A stretch of DNA of 64,000 nucleotides from Thainema sp. (GCA_052168235.1 JBQLZK010000001.1:192001-256000); one strand, 5' to 3'. Shown: positions 28,771 to 39,145, numbered from the stretch's first letter. The notes: generated by a model not told the origin, from the letters alone. Program-made: numbers and translations.

Positions 28771-30090
28771 TCACTGCAAAACCCACGTCACAATCTCTGG
28801 CTTCCAAATCAGCAGAATTAACGCCACAAGCTGAATGATGATAAACGGCACTACTCCTCGGTAAATACTGGTGGTCGATATTTCCGGTGGCGCAACTCCG
28901 CGCAGATAAAACAGCGAAAAGCCAAACGGCGGCGTCAAGAATGAGGTTTGCAGATTGACCCCCAGCATCACGCCAAACCAGACAAGGGAGTATCCGAACT
29001 GCTGAGCAATTGGGGCCATCAGCGGCACAATGATGAAGGCGATTTCGAAATAATCCAGGAAGAAACCCAGGATAAAGACGAGGCCATTGACAAACAGTAG
29101 GAAGCTGGTGCTGCCGCCGGGGATATTGAGCAGCATACTCTCCACCAGCGCATCGCCCCGTAATCCCCGAAACACCAGGCTGAACAACGTTGCACCCACC
29201 AGCAAAATAACCACCATTGTGGTGAGTTCCACCGTTGAACCTAATGCGCCCCATAGCGCTTTAAAGGTTAATCGGCGGTTCACTGCCGCCAAACCCATTG
29301 CGCCTAAAACGCCCATTGCGCCTGCTTCGGTAGGCGTTGCCAATCCAGCGAAAATACTGCCCAGTACAATCAAAATCAAAACCAGCGGCGGCAGCATGAC
29401 TTTGAAGACGCGCCCTACCAGCTCTCGCTTGGAAATATCCAGCATTTCTACGGGTAGTGCTGGAGCCATTTCGGGCTTAAAAATGGCGACACCGATTGTA
29501 TAAAGCAGATACAGTCCGGCCAGAGCCAGCCCTGGCAACAGTGAACCCAGGAATAAATCACCAACCGAGACTCCAAGCTGATCGCCCAGGACGATGAGGA
29601 CTACGCTCGGTGGAATCACCTGTCCCAACGTGCCGGATGCCGCAATTACGCCAGTTGACAGCGCCGGACTGTAGCCATAGCGCAGCATAACGGGCAGCGA
29701 AATCATGCCCATCGCCACGACGGTTGCGCCCACAACGCCCGTTGCCGCCGCTAGGAGCGTACCGACGAGAATGACGCCTACGGCAACGCCGCCCCGCAAG
29801 CGACCAAAGAGGAGGCCAAAGGTTTCCAGTAAATCTTCCGCCAGACCTGACCGCTCCAGCAGCGTTCCCATCAGGATGAAATAGGGAACTGCTAGCAGCA
29901 CGTAGTTGCCCATGATGCCAAAGATGCGGTTGGGCAATGCCGATAGCAGGAACCAGTCAAAACTGCCCGTCAATCCACCTAGCAGAGCAAAAATCAGGCC
30001 CGCTCCACCCAGCGCAAAGGCAACGGGGTACCCGGTGAAAATCAGCAGTAGAGCACCGAGAAACATCAACAAACCGAGATAATCCATCAT
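28771..30090 (-). CDS. dctM: TRAP transporter large permease (DctM family)
   Basis: GYPVAFALGG, LLAVPYFILMG, GTLGQVIPPS, TPTEAGA, SFLTPPFG. Confidence 0.93.
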   Translation of the reverse strand: MMDYLGLLMFLGALLLIFTGYPVAFALGGAGLIFALLGGLTGSFDWFLLSALPNRIFGIMGNYVLLAVPYFILMGTLLERSGLAEDLLETFGLLFGRLRGGVAVGVILVGTLLAAATGVVGATVVAMGMISLPVMLRYGYSPALSTGVIAASGTLGQVIPPSVVLIVLGDQLGVSVGDLFLGSLLPGLALAGLYLLYTIGVAIFKPEMAPALPVEMLDISKRELVGRVFKVMLPPLVLILIVLGSIFAGLATPTEAGAMGVLGAMGLAAVNRRLTFKALWGALGSTVELTTMVVILLVGATLFSLVFRGLRGDALVESMLLNIPGGSTSFLLFVNGLVFILGFFLDYFEIAFIIVPLMAPIAQQFGYSLVWFGVMLGVNLQTSFLTPPFGFSLFYLRGVAPPEISTTSIYRGVVPFIIIQLVALILLIWKPEIVTWVLQ

Positions 30091-30644
30091 GGCTGCACCT
30101 CCTCACTGGGAGATGCGGGCGGAGTGACGTTGAGGATGAGGGCAATCTGCTTAATCACTTCAGATATTCCTTGCAGTCCTAAAAGTGCGATCGCAACAAT
30201 CACAGCCGTTTTCAGTGGATATCGCGCTAACCCATCTGGATCGGAAGACTGCTCTAGCACCTGCCAAGAGCTGATCACCGATGGGACGGAATAGTAGATA
30301 ATCGCAATGCACATGGGCAACAGCAGCAGCAGTGCACCGAGTAAATCAATCCAGGCTTTTGCTTTACGCGACAGGCGGCTGTAGAGGATATCAACTCGAA
30401 CGTGACTGTTGTGTTTCAGCACATAAGCGGCCCCGAATAAGAAAATGAGGCTGAACAAATACCACTGCACCTCGATGTAGCGGTTAGAACTAAGGTTTGT
30501 ACCGATATATCGCCCCAAGTAGCGTGTAATTGCGTTGTATGCGCCGACGACGACCATAACCAGCGTTAAACCAAAGGTGATTTTGCCCACCCACTCGCTG
30601 ATTTGGTCGATCCATCGTGCAGCTTTAAGCAGAAACTGCATCAC
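30087..30644 (-). CDS. dctQ: TRAP transporter small permease (DctQ family)
   Basis: EVQWYLF, AAYVL..NSHVRVDILY, four TM helices; 4-nt overlap with dctM. Confidence 0.92.
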   Translation of the reverse strand: MMQFLLKAARWIDQISEWVGKITFGLTLVMVVVGAYNAITRYLGRYIGTNLSSNRYIEVQWYLFSLIFLFGAAYVLKHNSHVRVDILYSRLSRKAKAWIDLLGALLLLLPMCIAIIYYSVPSVISSWQVLEQSSDPDGLARYPLKTAVIVAIALLGLQGISEVIKQIALILNVTPPASPSEEVQP

Positions 30645-31716
30645 TCCTCTCCATATGTATTACTACCGAGAAATATAGACTGCGTGTGGCTGATCACCTC
30701 AGCTATTTACGTAAAGTACTAGACTCATCAGCGATTAACGCAACCCTGTATATCAACAAATAAGGTGAGTTAAACGGTGACTGCTATGAAATCATGTGTT
30801 ATCTGGGTTCCACAACAGCCTATGCCTTGACTAGCGCTTTGTTACAAGATGGCAAAATCACGACGACAACATATCCCGTTGATGGGCGTCAATTGCAACA
30901 TTGACTACAGCCGACCAAATTCACGCTAACTCGATTTTGTCAAGCCACTATCAACATAAGTTTTGTCAATATCAGCCTATAGAGATACTTTGATTTTCTC
31001 TCAAACAGATTTTGTATCTAATCGCACATCGTATCGACAAATGCGAAGTAAGAATGAAGATGAACGCCATTGAATATGCGAATAAACCTTATTCTGACAA
31101 GGGTTGAAGCCACTTTAGAGATATGCAGCGAGATCAACGATCGCTTTAACACAACTTTAAATAATTGGCAGCTTCAATACTTGATGGAGATTAAAAAATC
31201 GAATATCTTAGATGTAGAGGTATAAGTAAAAGTCCTACGCCAAGTAGCGGTCTCACCTACAAATAGACACGGTCTTTGGATCGAGCCCATATTGTGATGA
31301 GAGGTAGAGGAAACCATAGATTGGGAGTCATTCTGACGCTGGAGGATCTAGGTTTCGCGTTGACGGTTTTCGGCTAGTCCCAGATTGGGATGATGCGGAG
31401 TCAAACTGGCTAGGCATCAGCTTTTAACTTCACATAAGCGGTACAGAAACTATCTGTCCTGCACTTTGCGTTGAATTCGGTTTTTGGGAACCGAAACTTT
31501 GTAGCATCTCCAAATCGAGTTTGCGGCACTTTTTGCTGTCTGCAGAACAACTTTGGGCTGGTGCTAGACGCGTCATAGGTTTTGCATCCCCATAAACTCA
31601 GGTCGTGATTGGCCGGCGGTTTTATGCGGGATATAGAGGTGTGCGCCAAAAATTAGAGCCTTAAAGGTTGGCAGCATTTTAAATCTATAACTCTTTTTAT
31701 TACTGATAAACGATAA

Positions 31717-32172
31717 ATGAATACATGGGGTCGCCGGATGTTTTTACGGAGCGTTGTTTTAGCTATTGTTGTTGTCTTCCTCTCACTACCATTACCACTG
31801 TTCGGGTCATCTGCGATCGCATCGCCACGCTGGCCCGCTGCACCGTCTGCTTCAACAGTCGTGATGCAGAACTTCCCTACGGTTAATTCAGTCAGTCAGG
31901 CTGGACAAGTGTGGCGGCAAGTCAAACGATGGATGCCCGATTCTTCCAAATCTGCGATCGCATCCACATCCCGCCCCATCGCGTCGATGTCCTATCCGGT
32001 GAAACGAGCCATTCCCAGAATTCTGAACAGCCTCATGCAAACGATTGTGCAGTGTTTTCGCCAGTTTCTTTGGATCGCCACTCGCCAAATGCAAGGCTTA
32101 GACTATCAATGGCAAACACTAGACGCGATTCGTCCTGACTCGAATCTATGGTCGGTTCGTTCAGAGGGGTAA
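31717..32172 (+). CDS. Hypothetical protein with signal-peptide-like N-terminus
   Basis: ATG start, RR plus hydrophobic stretch; no recognisable domain. Confidence 0.4.
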   Translation: MNTWGRRMFLRSVVLAIVVVFLSLPLPLFGSSAIASPRWPAAPSASTVVMQNFPTVNSVSQAGQVWRQVKRWMPDSSKSAIASTSRPIASMSYPVKRAIPRILNSLMQTIVQCFRQFLWIATRQMQGLDYQWQTLDAIRPDSNLWSVRSEG

Positions 32173-32518
32173 CGAGACCTAACGCTCCTGAGTTAGATTC
32201 AATACCTTGCCCTTAACCTCACTTCTAGTTCTTCAACGCAGGCACAGGACAAACGATTAGTTGAATGCGATGGGTGATAATACTCGAAATGGGCATTGTG
32301 CAACCGTTAACGGTACTACAGTGCTCATTTTGTTTTTTGGGTCACTGGTGATGATGTGATGAAAAAGAGCTGTAAATAGAGCTCGTATAACCCGTCTTAC
32401 ACGAAGGTTATGATGGCAAATTCGCAATCTCCTGTTTGATCATGCGAAAATGAGAGATAAACTTTGAGAGCTTGTGCTCATCCAAAATGTCGTTTTGCAG
32501 CGTTACTAACAGCTCACA

Positions 32519-34543
32519 GTGATTGCGATCCTCGCGAAAATCAGAGAAGAAATTGCCCAGTGGTGGTCTGATTTCACCCTCCAAACTCGCTTAATGGCAG
32601 CGGCGACTCTCGTCGTTTCCTTGCTGATGAGCGGCTTAACGTTTTGGGCCGTTAATACCATTCAGCAAGATGCTCGGTTGAATGACACCCGTTTTGGTCG
32701 TGACTTAGGGTTACTCTTGGCCGCCAATGTTGCTCCCCTCGTTCAAGCCAACGATCGCACTGAACTGGCGCAGTTTTCCCATCGGTTTTACAGCAGCACA
32801 ACCAGTATTCGCTACATGCTCTATGCCGATGGTGATGGCGATATCTTCTTTGGCATTCCCTTTTCTGAATATGAGGTGCAGAACTCGCTCACGCTTCAGC
32901 GACGGATGCAGCTCCCCGATGATTATTCCAAAAACCTAGAGCGTCCTACAGTTCGGCAGCATCTCACGCCGGACGGGGAAGTGACCGATGTATTTGTGCC
33001 GCTGATGGATGGTGATAGCTATCTGGGAGTGCTGGCGCTTGGGATTAATCCAAACCCAACCGTCGTCACCTCGTCGCATCTCACCCGCAACGTTACGATC
33101 GCAGTTTTTGTTTCCATCTGGGTGATGGTAATTTTGGGTGCCGTTTTCAATGCTCTCACCATTACTAAGCCCATTAAGGAACTCCTGACTGGCGTGAAAA
33201 ACATTGCGGCTGGTAACTTCAAACAGCGGATCAACTTGCCGCTGGGGGGGGAGCTAGGGGAGCTGATCCACAGCTTCAACGAAATGGCAGAGCGGTTAGA
33301 ACGTTATGAAGAGCAAAATATCGAAGAACTGACTGCCGAAAAAGCCAAGCTAGAGACGCTGGTATCTACGATCGCCGATGGGGCAGTGCTGTTAGATTCG
33401 GACATGAATGTAGTGCTGGTGAATCCCACGGCCCATCGCATCTTAGGCTGGGATGACAAAGATGCCGTCATCAGCGACAACGTGCTGTACCATCTACCAG
33501 CTCCGCTCCAGGCCGAAATCACCCGACCGCTCTACCAGGTTGCTGCTGGTGAAATAGACGGCTCAGAATTTCGGATTACCCTCAGCGAACCAACTCAGCG
33601 GACAGTGCGCATTCTGCTGACCACGGTACTCGATCAGCATCGCGAAAATGTGAAAGGCATCGCGATTACCATTCAGGACATTACCCGTGAAGTGGAGCTA
33701 AACGAGGCAAAGAGCCAGTTTATCAGCAATGTTTCCCACGAATTAAGAACACCCCTATTCAACATCAAGTCGTTTATTGAAACGCTGCATGAATACGGCG
33801 AAGATCTCTCGGAAGATGAGCGACGAGAATTTCTAGACACGGCAAATCGCGAAACCGACCGTCTAACCCGCTTAGTGAATGACGTACTCGACTTATCTCG
33901 GCTGGAGTCGAACAAGCGCTATCAGTTCGAAGCAGTTGAAATCATTCAGCCCATTGAGCAAACGCTGCGTACCTATCAATTAAACGCCCGCGACAAAGGA
34001 ATTGAGCTTAGGCAAGAGGTCGAACCTAATTTACCGCTGGTTCTGGGTAACTACGACCTGCTGCTTCAGGTGTTTGCCAATTTAGTCGGTAACGCTCTCA
34101 AGTTCACGCCATCCGGGGGACGCGTGATGATCCGAGCCTACACGCTGCAACCGGAGGCTCATCTGCATCAGTTACCTGAGCGGGTGCGGGTCGAGATTTC
34201 TGATACTGGAATTGGCATTGATGCCGAAGACCAAGAAGCGATTTTTGACCGCTTCTTCCGAGTTGAAAACCGTGTACACACGTTAGAGGGAACAGGTCTA
34301 GGACTATCCATTGTGCGCAACATTATCGAAAAGCATCACAGCCGCGTGCATTTAGTCAGTGAAGTGGGCGTTGGTACCACATTCTGGTTTGATCTGGTGG
34401 TTTATCAGGACGAAGTGCTTACTCATATTGAAAACTCATCGCTGATGGCAAAGGCTGAAGACGATAGCACAGTGATACAAGCCGAAGCGGTTGAAGCCAG
34501 CATAGAGGTCGTCCTGCCTGGACGATCTGATCCAGCGAGTTAG
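32519..34543 (+). CDS. nblS: Multi-stress sensor histidine kinase NblS/Hik33/DspA (TM-HAMP-PAS-HisKA-HATPase)
   Basis: WWSDFTLQTRLMAAATLVVSLLMSGLTFWAVN, NVSHELRTPLFNIKS, RVENRVHTLEGTGLGL. Confidence 0.95.
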   Translation: MIAILAKIREEIAQWWSDFTLQTRLMAAATLVVSLLMSGLTFWAVNTIQQDARLNDTRFGRDLGLLLAANVAPLVQANDRTELAQFSHRFYSSTTSIRYMLYADGDGDIFFGIPFSEYEVQNSLTLQRRMQLPDDYSKNLERPTVRQHLTPDGEVTDVFVPLMDGDSYLGVLALGINPNPTVVTSSHLTRNVTIAVFVSIWVMVILGAVFNALTITKPIKELLTGVKNIAAGNFKQRINLPLGGELGELIHSFNEMAERLERYEEQNIEELTAEKAKLETLVSTIADGAVLLDSDMNVVLVNPTAHRILGWDDKDAVISDNVLYHLPAPLQAEITRPLYQVAAGEIDGSEFRITLSEPTQRTVRILLTTVLDQHRENVKGIAITIQDITREVELNEAKSQFISNVSHELRTPLFNIKSFIETLHEYGEDLSEDERREFLDTANRETDRLTRLVNDVLDLSRLESNKRYQFEAVEIIQPIEQTLRTYQLNARDKGIELRQEVEPNLPLVLGNYDLLLQVFANLVGNALKFTPSGGRVMIRAYTLQPEAHLHQLPERVRVEISDTGIGIDAEDQEAIFDRFFRVENRVHTLEGTGLGLSIVRNIIEKHHSRVHLVSEVGVGTTFWFDLVVYQDEVLTHIENSSLMAKAEDDSTVIQAEAVEASIEVVLPGRSDPAS

Positions 34544-34555
34544 TTAACACGGCAA

Positions 34556-34600
34556 AAGGCGAAGGAAAAGGCTCAACATGAGCTACTTTTACCTTCGCCT
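34556..34600. terminator. Hairpin between convergent genes
   Basis: AAGGCGAAGG...CCTTCGCCTT with inner GCTCA/TGAGC stem. Confidence 0.6.
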
Positions 34601-34709
34601 TACAACCTGTAAACTGCGATCGCATTACTCAACACGATGCAGTGAGTTAGCTTAGCCGGACTGGAATAATGTTCAGAAAATTTGGATTTTCTGAGTGAAT
34701 CATGATTGC

Positions 34710-34889
34710 TTAATCATCGTCGTTAGAGTTATCGGACATTTCCTGATCCGAATTGCTATCCTCACTCTTCGAGTTATTACCGTAGTTGCCGCGACGATTG
34801 AAGCGTCCAGTGCTGCGCTTACGGAACTTGCGGGCGTATGCTTGATTTCGGAGCGCTTTCTCCTTCTTTAAATTGCGGCGCTTTGCCAT
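34710..34889 (-). CDS. Small basic conserved cyanobacterial protein (59 aa)
   Basis: GAGG RBS then MAKRRNLKKEKALRNQAYARKFRKR..., acidic tail. Confidence 0.75.
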   Translation of the reverse strand: MAKRRNLKKEKALRNQAYARKFRKRSTGRFNRRGNYGNNSKSEDSNSDQEMSDNSNDDD

Positions 34890-35026
34890 GCTGTACCTCA
34901 ATTAGGGCAGTTGTTGGAGTGAAACAAATATGCCCACTGCCAATGCACTGAGCGGCAGAAGCCAAAAGCTCAGCTAAAGTAATGTAGCATACTTATTTCA
35001 CCAAACGCTTTAAATATAACAACCGA

Positions 35027-36400
35027 TTAGAGCTTGCGTCTGGCAAATTCAGACATTTCCTTCAGATGACCCATTTTGCCGTTAGCAGAATTTGAATAAT
35101 CCAGACTACCTAAGGCTTCCGGCTGATCTAAGTTTGCGACATAGGTTTGAATCCACACTTTCGCTTCTGGGGCGGTTCGGACTTTTCCTTCGGCGCGAGC
35201 AATTTGGATTGCCTCTAGCAGTTGACCAATTTGCGGTCCCGGCGCGATATCCAGTGTCGCCATCAGTTCACGTCCGGTGATCAACGGCGAGGGATGAGCT
35301 ACCGGATCATCAGACTGTAGAAAACGCTGAATCAGCGGCAGCATGCGGTCGAGATCAACCCCATAAGCCACGCACAGTAGCGCGATCGCGGGGAAAATTC
35401 CGCCAACAGCTTGGAAGAAGTCATACTGCTGCCGTAGATTCATCGGTTGAGCCAGTTGCTCCATCACCCAGGGCAAATCACGAATGACTGCGATCGCAGA
35501 TTGAATTTCGGCGCGACTGTACTTCAAGCACCAGAGCTGCTGTTCGGCTTGATCCGCGTCGGCAGGCAAAAGTTGGGATAATTTAGCTAAGCGTAGCCAG
35601 CTCCGTCGCGTTGTTGTGACGTTAGCCGATGAACGAATCCAGCCGGAAACATGCGCCTCAAATTCAGGGCATGCATGAACAATTGCGATCGCAGCTTGAT
35701 CTAACTGCTTGAGGCGCTGCAGTCCCGTTTCGGTCATGTCCGGTAACCACGCCTGAAATAGTCCGTTTTTCCAGGCTCGAATTAGCTCGCGCGTGCCTTC
35801 CGGTTTACCCAGCAGATAGTTCAGTTCACCCTGCACTCGCTCGGCAGCAACCTGCTCCAGTAGCGGTGCAAACTGGCGAATATACAACTCCGTTTCCGAC
35901 TCAATCCGGAAGCCAAGCTGCGCGGCTTGCCGATAGGCTCTCAGCAACCGCAGAGGGTCATCTTTGAGATTTTCAGCAGCCACCATGCGAATCTGTCGCC
36001 GCTGCAGATCTTCACAGCCCTGGAGCGGATCAAGTAGTTCGCGGGTGTGGGGACTAAATGCGATCGCATTTACCGTAAAATCGCGCCGGTGCAAATCGAC
36101 GTACAGACTGGGGCCAACCTGCTGCGCAAAGTCCACGGTGGCCTGTTCAAACACCACCCGCGCAATCTGATGCTCCGGATCGAGCAGCACGAAACCTGCC
36201 TGATAGTGATTGGCAATTTGCTTGGCCACCTGTACCGCTCCCTGAGCCAGCACAAAGTCTAAATCCAGATAGTCGGCTTGCCTGCCTAGAAGGGCATCAC
36301 GGACACTGCCACCCACAAGGTAGGTCGATCTAGGCAGTAAGCAACAGTCAAACGGCCAGGTTTCAGGCGATAAGGTTGGAGAATTTAAAAAACGTGCCAA
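35027..36400 (-). CDS. tRNA nucleotidyltransferase, probably CC-adding type
   Basis: LVGGSVRD, DLDF, RRDFTVNAIA, DDPLRLLR, ERVQGEL; short segment between motifs A and B. Confidence 0.88.
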   Translation of the reverse strand: MARFLNSPTLSPETWPFDCCLLPRSTYLVGGSVRDALLGRQADYLDLDFVLAQGAVQVAKQIANHYQAGFVLLDPEHQIARVVFEQATVDFAQQVGPSLYVDLHRRDFTVNAIAFSPHTRELLDPLQGCEDLQRRQIRMVAAENLKDDPLRLLRAYRQAAQLGFRIESETELYIRQFAPLLEQVAAERVQGELNYLLGKPEGTRELIRAWKNGLFQAWLPDMTETGLQRLKQLDQAAIAIVHACPEFEAHVSGWIRSSANVTTTRRSWLRLAKLSQLLPADADQAEQQLWCLKYSRAEIQSAIAVIRDLPWVMEQLAQPMNLRQQYDFFQAVGGIFPAIALLCVAYGVDLDRMLPLIQRFLQSDDPVAHPSPLITGRELMATLDIAPGPQIGQLLEAIQIARAEGKVRTAPEAKVWIQTYVANLDQPEALGSLDYSNSANGKMGHLKEMSEFARRKL

Positions 36401-36546
36401 GAGATAAGAGTAGAAATTGAACGGATAGCTGACTCGCGCCGCATCTTTTCATTTTGCAACATCAGTCAGCAGGCGCAAGAGTTTTTCGAGGTAGTTACGT
36501 TAAAGTAGCAGAAATGGTGACTGCTGCCGAGCGCAAGGAACGGCCT

Positions 36547-36795
36547 ATGTGTATCTGTGTCAACTGCCACTACGTTGACCGCTGTACAACTTATCATGCG
36601 GTTGAAGAACAGCATCAGCAACCTCATTTAACTGAAACTCCTGACTTTGAAGCGGTTGAACCCAGTATTAACGTTAACATTCGTAATACTGAAGACGAAA
36701 TTCAAATGGAGTGGGATGTTGTCGGCTGCCTCAGCTTTAAAGAAGAAGCGGGCAAATGGGCAAAGCTGCGCCCAGGTGAACTGGTGCCGACTTAG
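36547..36795 (+). CDS. ycf34: Ycf34 family Fe-S protein
   Basis: MCICVNCHYVDRCTTYHAVEEQH...EWDVVGC.SF. Confidence 0.93.
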   Translation: MCICVNCHYVDRCTTYHAVEEQHQQPHLTETPDFEAVEPSINVNIRNTEDEIQMEWDVVGCLSFKEEAGKWAKLRPGELVPT

Positions 36796-36822
36796 GAGCG
36801 CGCATTGAATGAAATTCCTGGA

Positions 36823-36935
36823 TAGGGGCACGGCATTGCCGTGCCCCTACAGGTGGAACGCTTTATAGGTGATTAGATCCTTAATTGTTGATGCATAACA
36901 ATGCCATGCACCCTACAAGTGGAACGTTTCACAGG
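36823..36935. repeat. REP-like GTAG/CTAC-type palindrome plus a degenerate second unit
   Basis: TAGGGGCACGGCA-T-TGCCGTGCCCCTAC, then repeated CCCTACA(G/A)GTGGAACG. Confidence 0.7.
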
Positions 36936-37015
36936 AATAAATCCACAATCCAAAAACACAATCCTTGATGGGCCTGCATACTTGCATGACTTTTGCACGA
37001 CTGATGGCATAACCG

Positions 37016-39121
37016 ATGAGCTATTGCCTCAATTCCAACTGTCCTCAACCGCAGAATCCTGACCAAGCCACGGTTTGTCAGACCTGCGGTTTTAGTTTGC
37101 GGCTGGCCAATCGTTATCGTCCGTTAAAGTTCATTGCCCAAGGCGGATTTGGCCGCACCTTGCTAGCAAAGGATGAGCAACAGCAACAACTTTGCATCAT
37201 CAAGCAATTTTTTTTATCAGAGTCAAACGCGCGATTCTCTGCGAGACAGCAAAACCGAATACAATCTTCCCCCCCTCAACCTTCAGCCTCATCTCCAAAA
37301 TCCTCCAGCCCCTCACTCCCTCACTCCCTCACTCCCTCACTCCAAACAACCGCCGCCCAACAGTTCCGCCAAGAAGCCCAGCGACTGCAAGACCTCGGCC
37401 AGCATCCCCAAATTCCCTCCTTCATTGACTACATCGACCGGGAAGACGGGCAATATTTAATTCAAGCCTTTATCGACGGCTCTACCCTCACTCAGTTAGT
37501 TGCAAAGAACGGCGTCTGGTCAGAACTGCAAGTGCGATCGCTACTTAACGATCTCTTGCCAGTTTTAGACTTCATGCACCAGGCGCAGGTAATTCACCGC
37601 GACATTAAGCCGGACAATATTATTTATCCTTCCGCGACGAGCAAGCCCGTTCTGGTAGACTTTGGAGCGGCCAAACTTGCGACGGTGACGGCGCTCCAAC
37701 AAACAGGCACCGTCATCGGCAGCGCAGGCTATGCAGCACCCGAACAAACGATGGGCAAGGCGATCTTTGCCAGCGATATTTATGGGCTAGGCGTCACGTG
37801 TCTATATTTACTGACCGGAGAACATCCGTTTGAGCTGTATTCCGTGGCAGAAGATCGCTGGGTGTGGACGCCTTACGTGCAGCCGCCAGTCAGTTCGCGA
37901 CTGACTTACGTGCTAAATAAAATGACCCGCCGCTCGGTGCAGCAGCGCTATCAGTCGGTGGCGGAGGTGCTGGCTGATTTGAATGCGCCGATGAAACTGA
38001 GATCGCAGTCTCAAATCCGCTGGCCCAGTCCCAGCAAACTATTGCGGAATCGAAATTCTGTACCAGATTCTGCTACTGAATTTGCTGAATCCATCACAAC
38101 GCTAGCTAATAATCCGGCATCTGAACCCACCACAACGCCTCAAGCTCCGCCCCAAAATTGGATCTGTTGGCAAACGCTGACGCAGAATACGCAGGGGATT
38201 ACCACCCTCGCGGTCAGCCCTGACGGCTATACGCTGGTTGTAGGCCACACCAACGGCACGCTGCGGATTTGGGATTTGAAAGCGGGACTGCTGGCGCATA
38301 CGTTTTCGCGTCCAATCCTGGGTCTGGGCAGCGGCCATCGCGATCGCATTACGGGCTTATCCTTTGATCAAACCGGAAACTTGCTGGCCAGCAGCAGCAC
38401 GGACGGCAGCATCAAGCTGTGGGATATGCGCCACTGGCAGCAAATGGCCAGCTATGCCGGAGATAACTGGGGTACAACTGCGATCGCACTTAGCGGCGAC
38501 AGCACTCGATTGGTCAGCGGCAATTCCACTGGGGAGGTTCGAGTCTTCAATTTGACAGCTTTCAATTTGACAGCCGCGAAACGCACCTCAGCGAAATCTC
38601 AACCCGATGCAATACTATCGGTACAGCGCGATCGGATTGTGGCACTGGCCCTCAATCCAACAGGTACACGTCTGATTGCTGCCAGCCGTAACGGCACGGT
38701 TACGATTTGGGATTTGGAACAGCAGTGCCCCCTCCATCAGCCCACGGCCCACGCGGACGCCATCACCGATATAGCCGTCGATCCAAACTGGCGTATTCTG
38801 GTGACGGGCAGTTGCGATCGCACCGTTAAGCTTTGGGATTTATCCACGGGTCATCTGCGGCACACCCTGGTCAAGCATCGCGACGGCATTACCGCTGTGG
38901 CGATTAGTGCCGATGCCCGCACGGTCGCCACAGGTAGCCAAGACAATCAAATTCTGCTCTGGGACAGCGCCTCCGGCAGTGTAGTCACCCAGCTAAACCA
39001 TACCTGGGCCATTTGCTCACTCAGCTTTGCCCCCAATTCCACCACGCTCGTCAGCGCTAGCCAAGATGAAACGATCAAAATTTGGCGTAAGCAAGAATAT
39101 AGCAGTAGTCACATTGGTTAA
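37016..39121 (+). CDS. Hanks-type Ser/Thr protein kinase with N-terminal Zn ribbon and C-terminal WD40 repeats
   Basis: MSYCLNSNC...C..CG, GGFG, HRDIKPDN, DFG, APE; about seven WD repeats (IKLWD, VKLWD). Confidence 0.95.
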   Translation: MSYCLNSNCPQPQNPDQATVCQTCGFSLRLANRYRPLKFIAQGGFGRTLLAKDEQQQQLCIIKQFFLSESNARFSARQQNRIQSSPPQPSASSPKSSSPSLPHSLTPSLQTTAAQQFRQEAQRLQDLGQHPQIPSFIDYIDREDGQYLIQAFIDGSTLTQLVAKNGVWSELQVRSLLNDLLPVLDFMHQAQVIHRDIKPDNIIYPSATSKPVLVDFGAAKLATVTALQQTGTVIGSAGYAAPEQTMGKAIFASDIYGLGVTCLYLLTGEHPFELYSVAEDRWVWTPYVQPPVSSRLTYVLNKMTRRSVQQRYQSVAEVLADLNAPMKLRSQSQIRWPSPSKLLRNRNSVPDSATEFAESITTLANNPASEPTTTPQAPPQNWICWQTLTQNTQGITTLAVSPDGYTLVVGHTNGTLRIWDLKAGLLAHTFSRPILGLGSGHRDRITGLSFDQTGNLLASSSTDGSIKLWDMRHWQQMASYAGDNWGTTAIALSGDSTRLVSGNSTGEVRVFNLTAFNLTAAKRTSAKSQPDAILSVQRDRIVALALNPTGTRLIAASRNGTVTIWDLEQQCPLHQPTAHADAITDIAVDPNWRILVTGSCDRTVKLWDLSTGHLRHTLVKHRDGITAVAISADARTVATGSQDNQILLWDSASGSVVTQLNHTWAICSLSFAPNSTTLVSASQDETIKIWRKQEYSSSHIG
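37311..37342 (+). repeat. (CCTCACTC)x4 tandem repeat within kinase CDS
   Basis: Four perfect 8-mers read directly from the sequence. Confidence 0.95.
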
Positions 39122-39145
39122 AACGCTGGGAAACTCTGAAAACGT

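Noticed and set aside
31300..31325. PsrR1-like GGAAACCATAGA string
   Set aside because: The complementary arm of the hairpin and a following terminator are missing.
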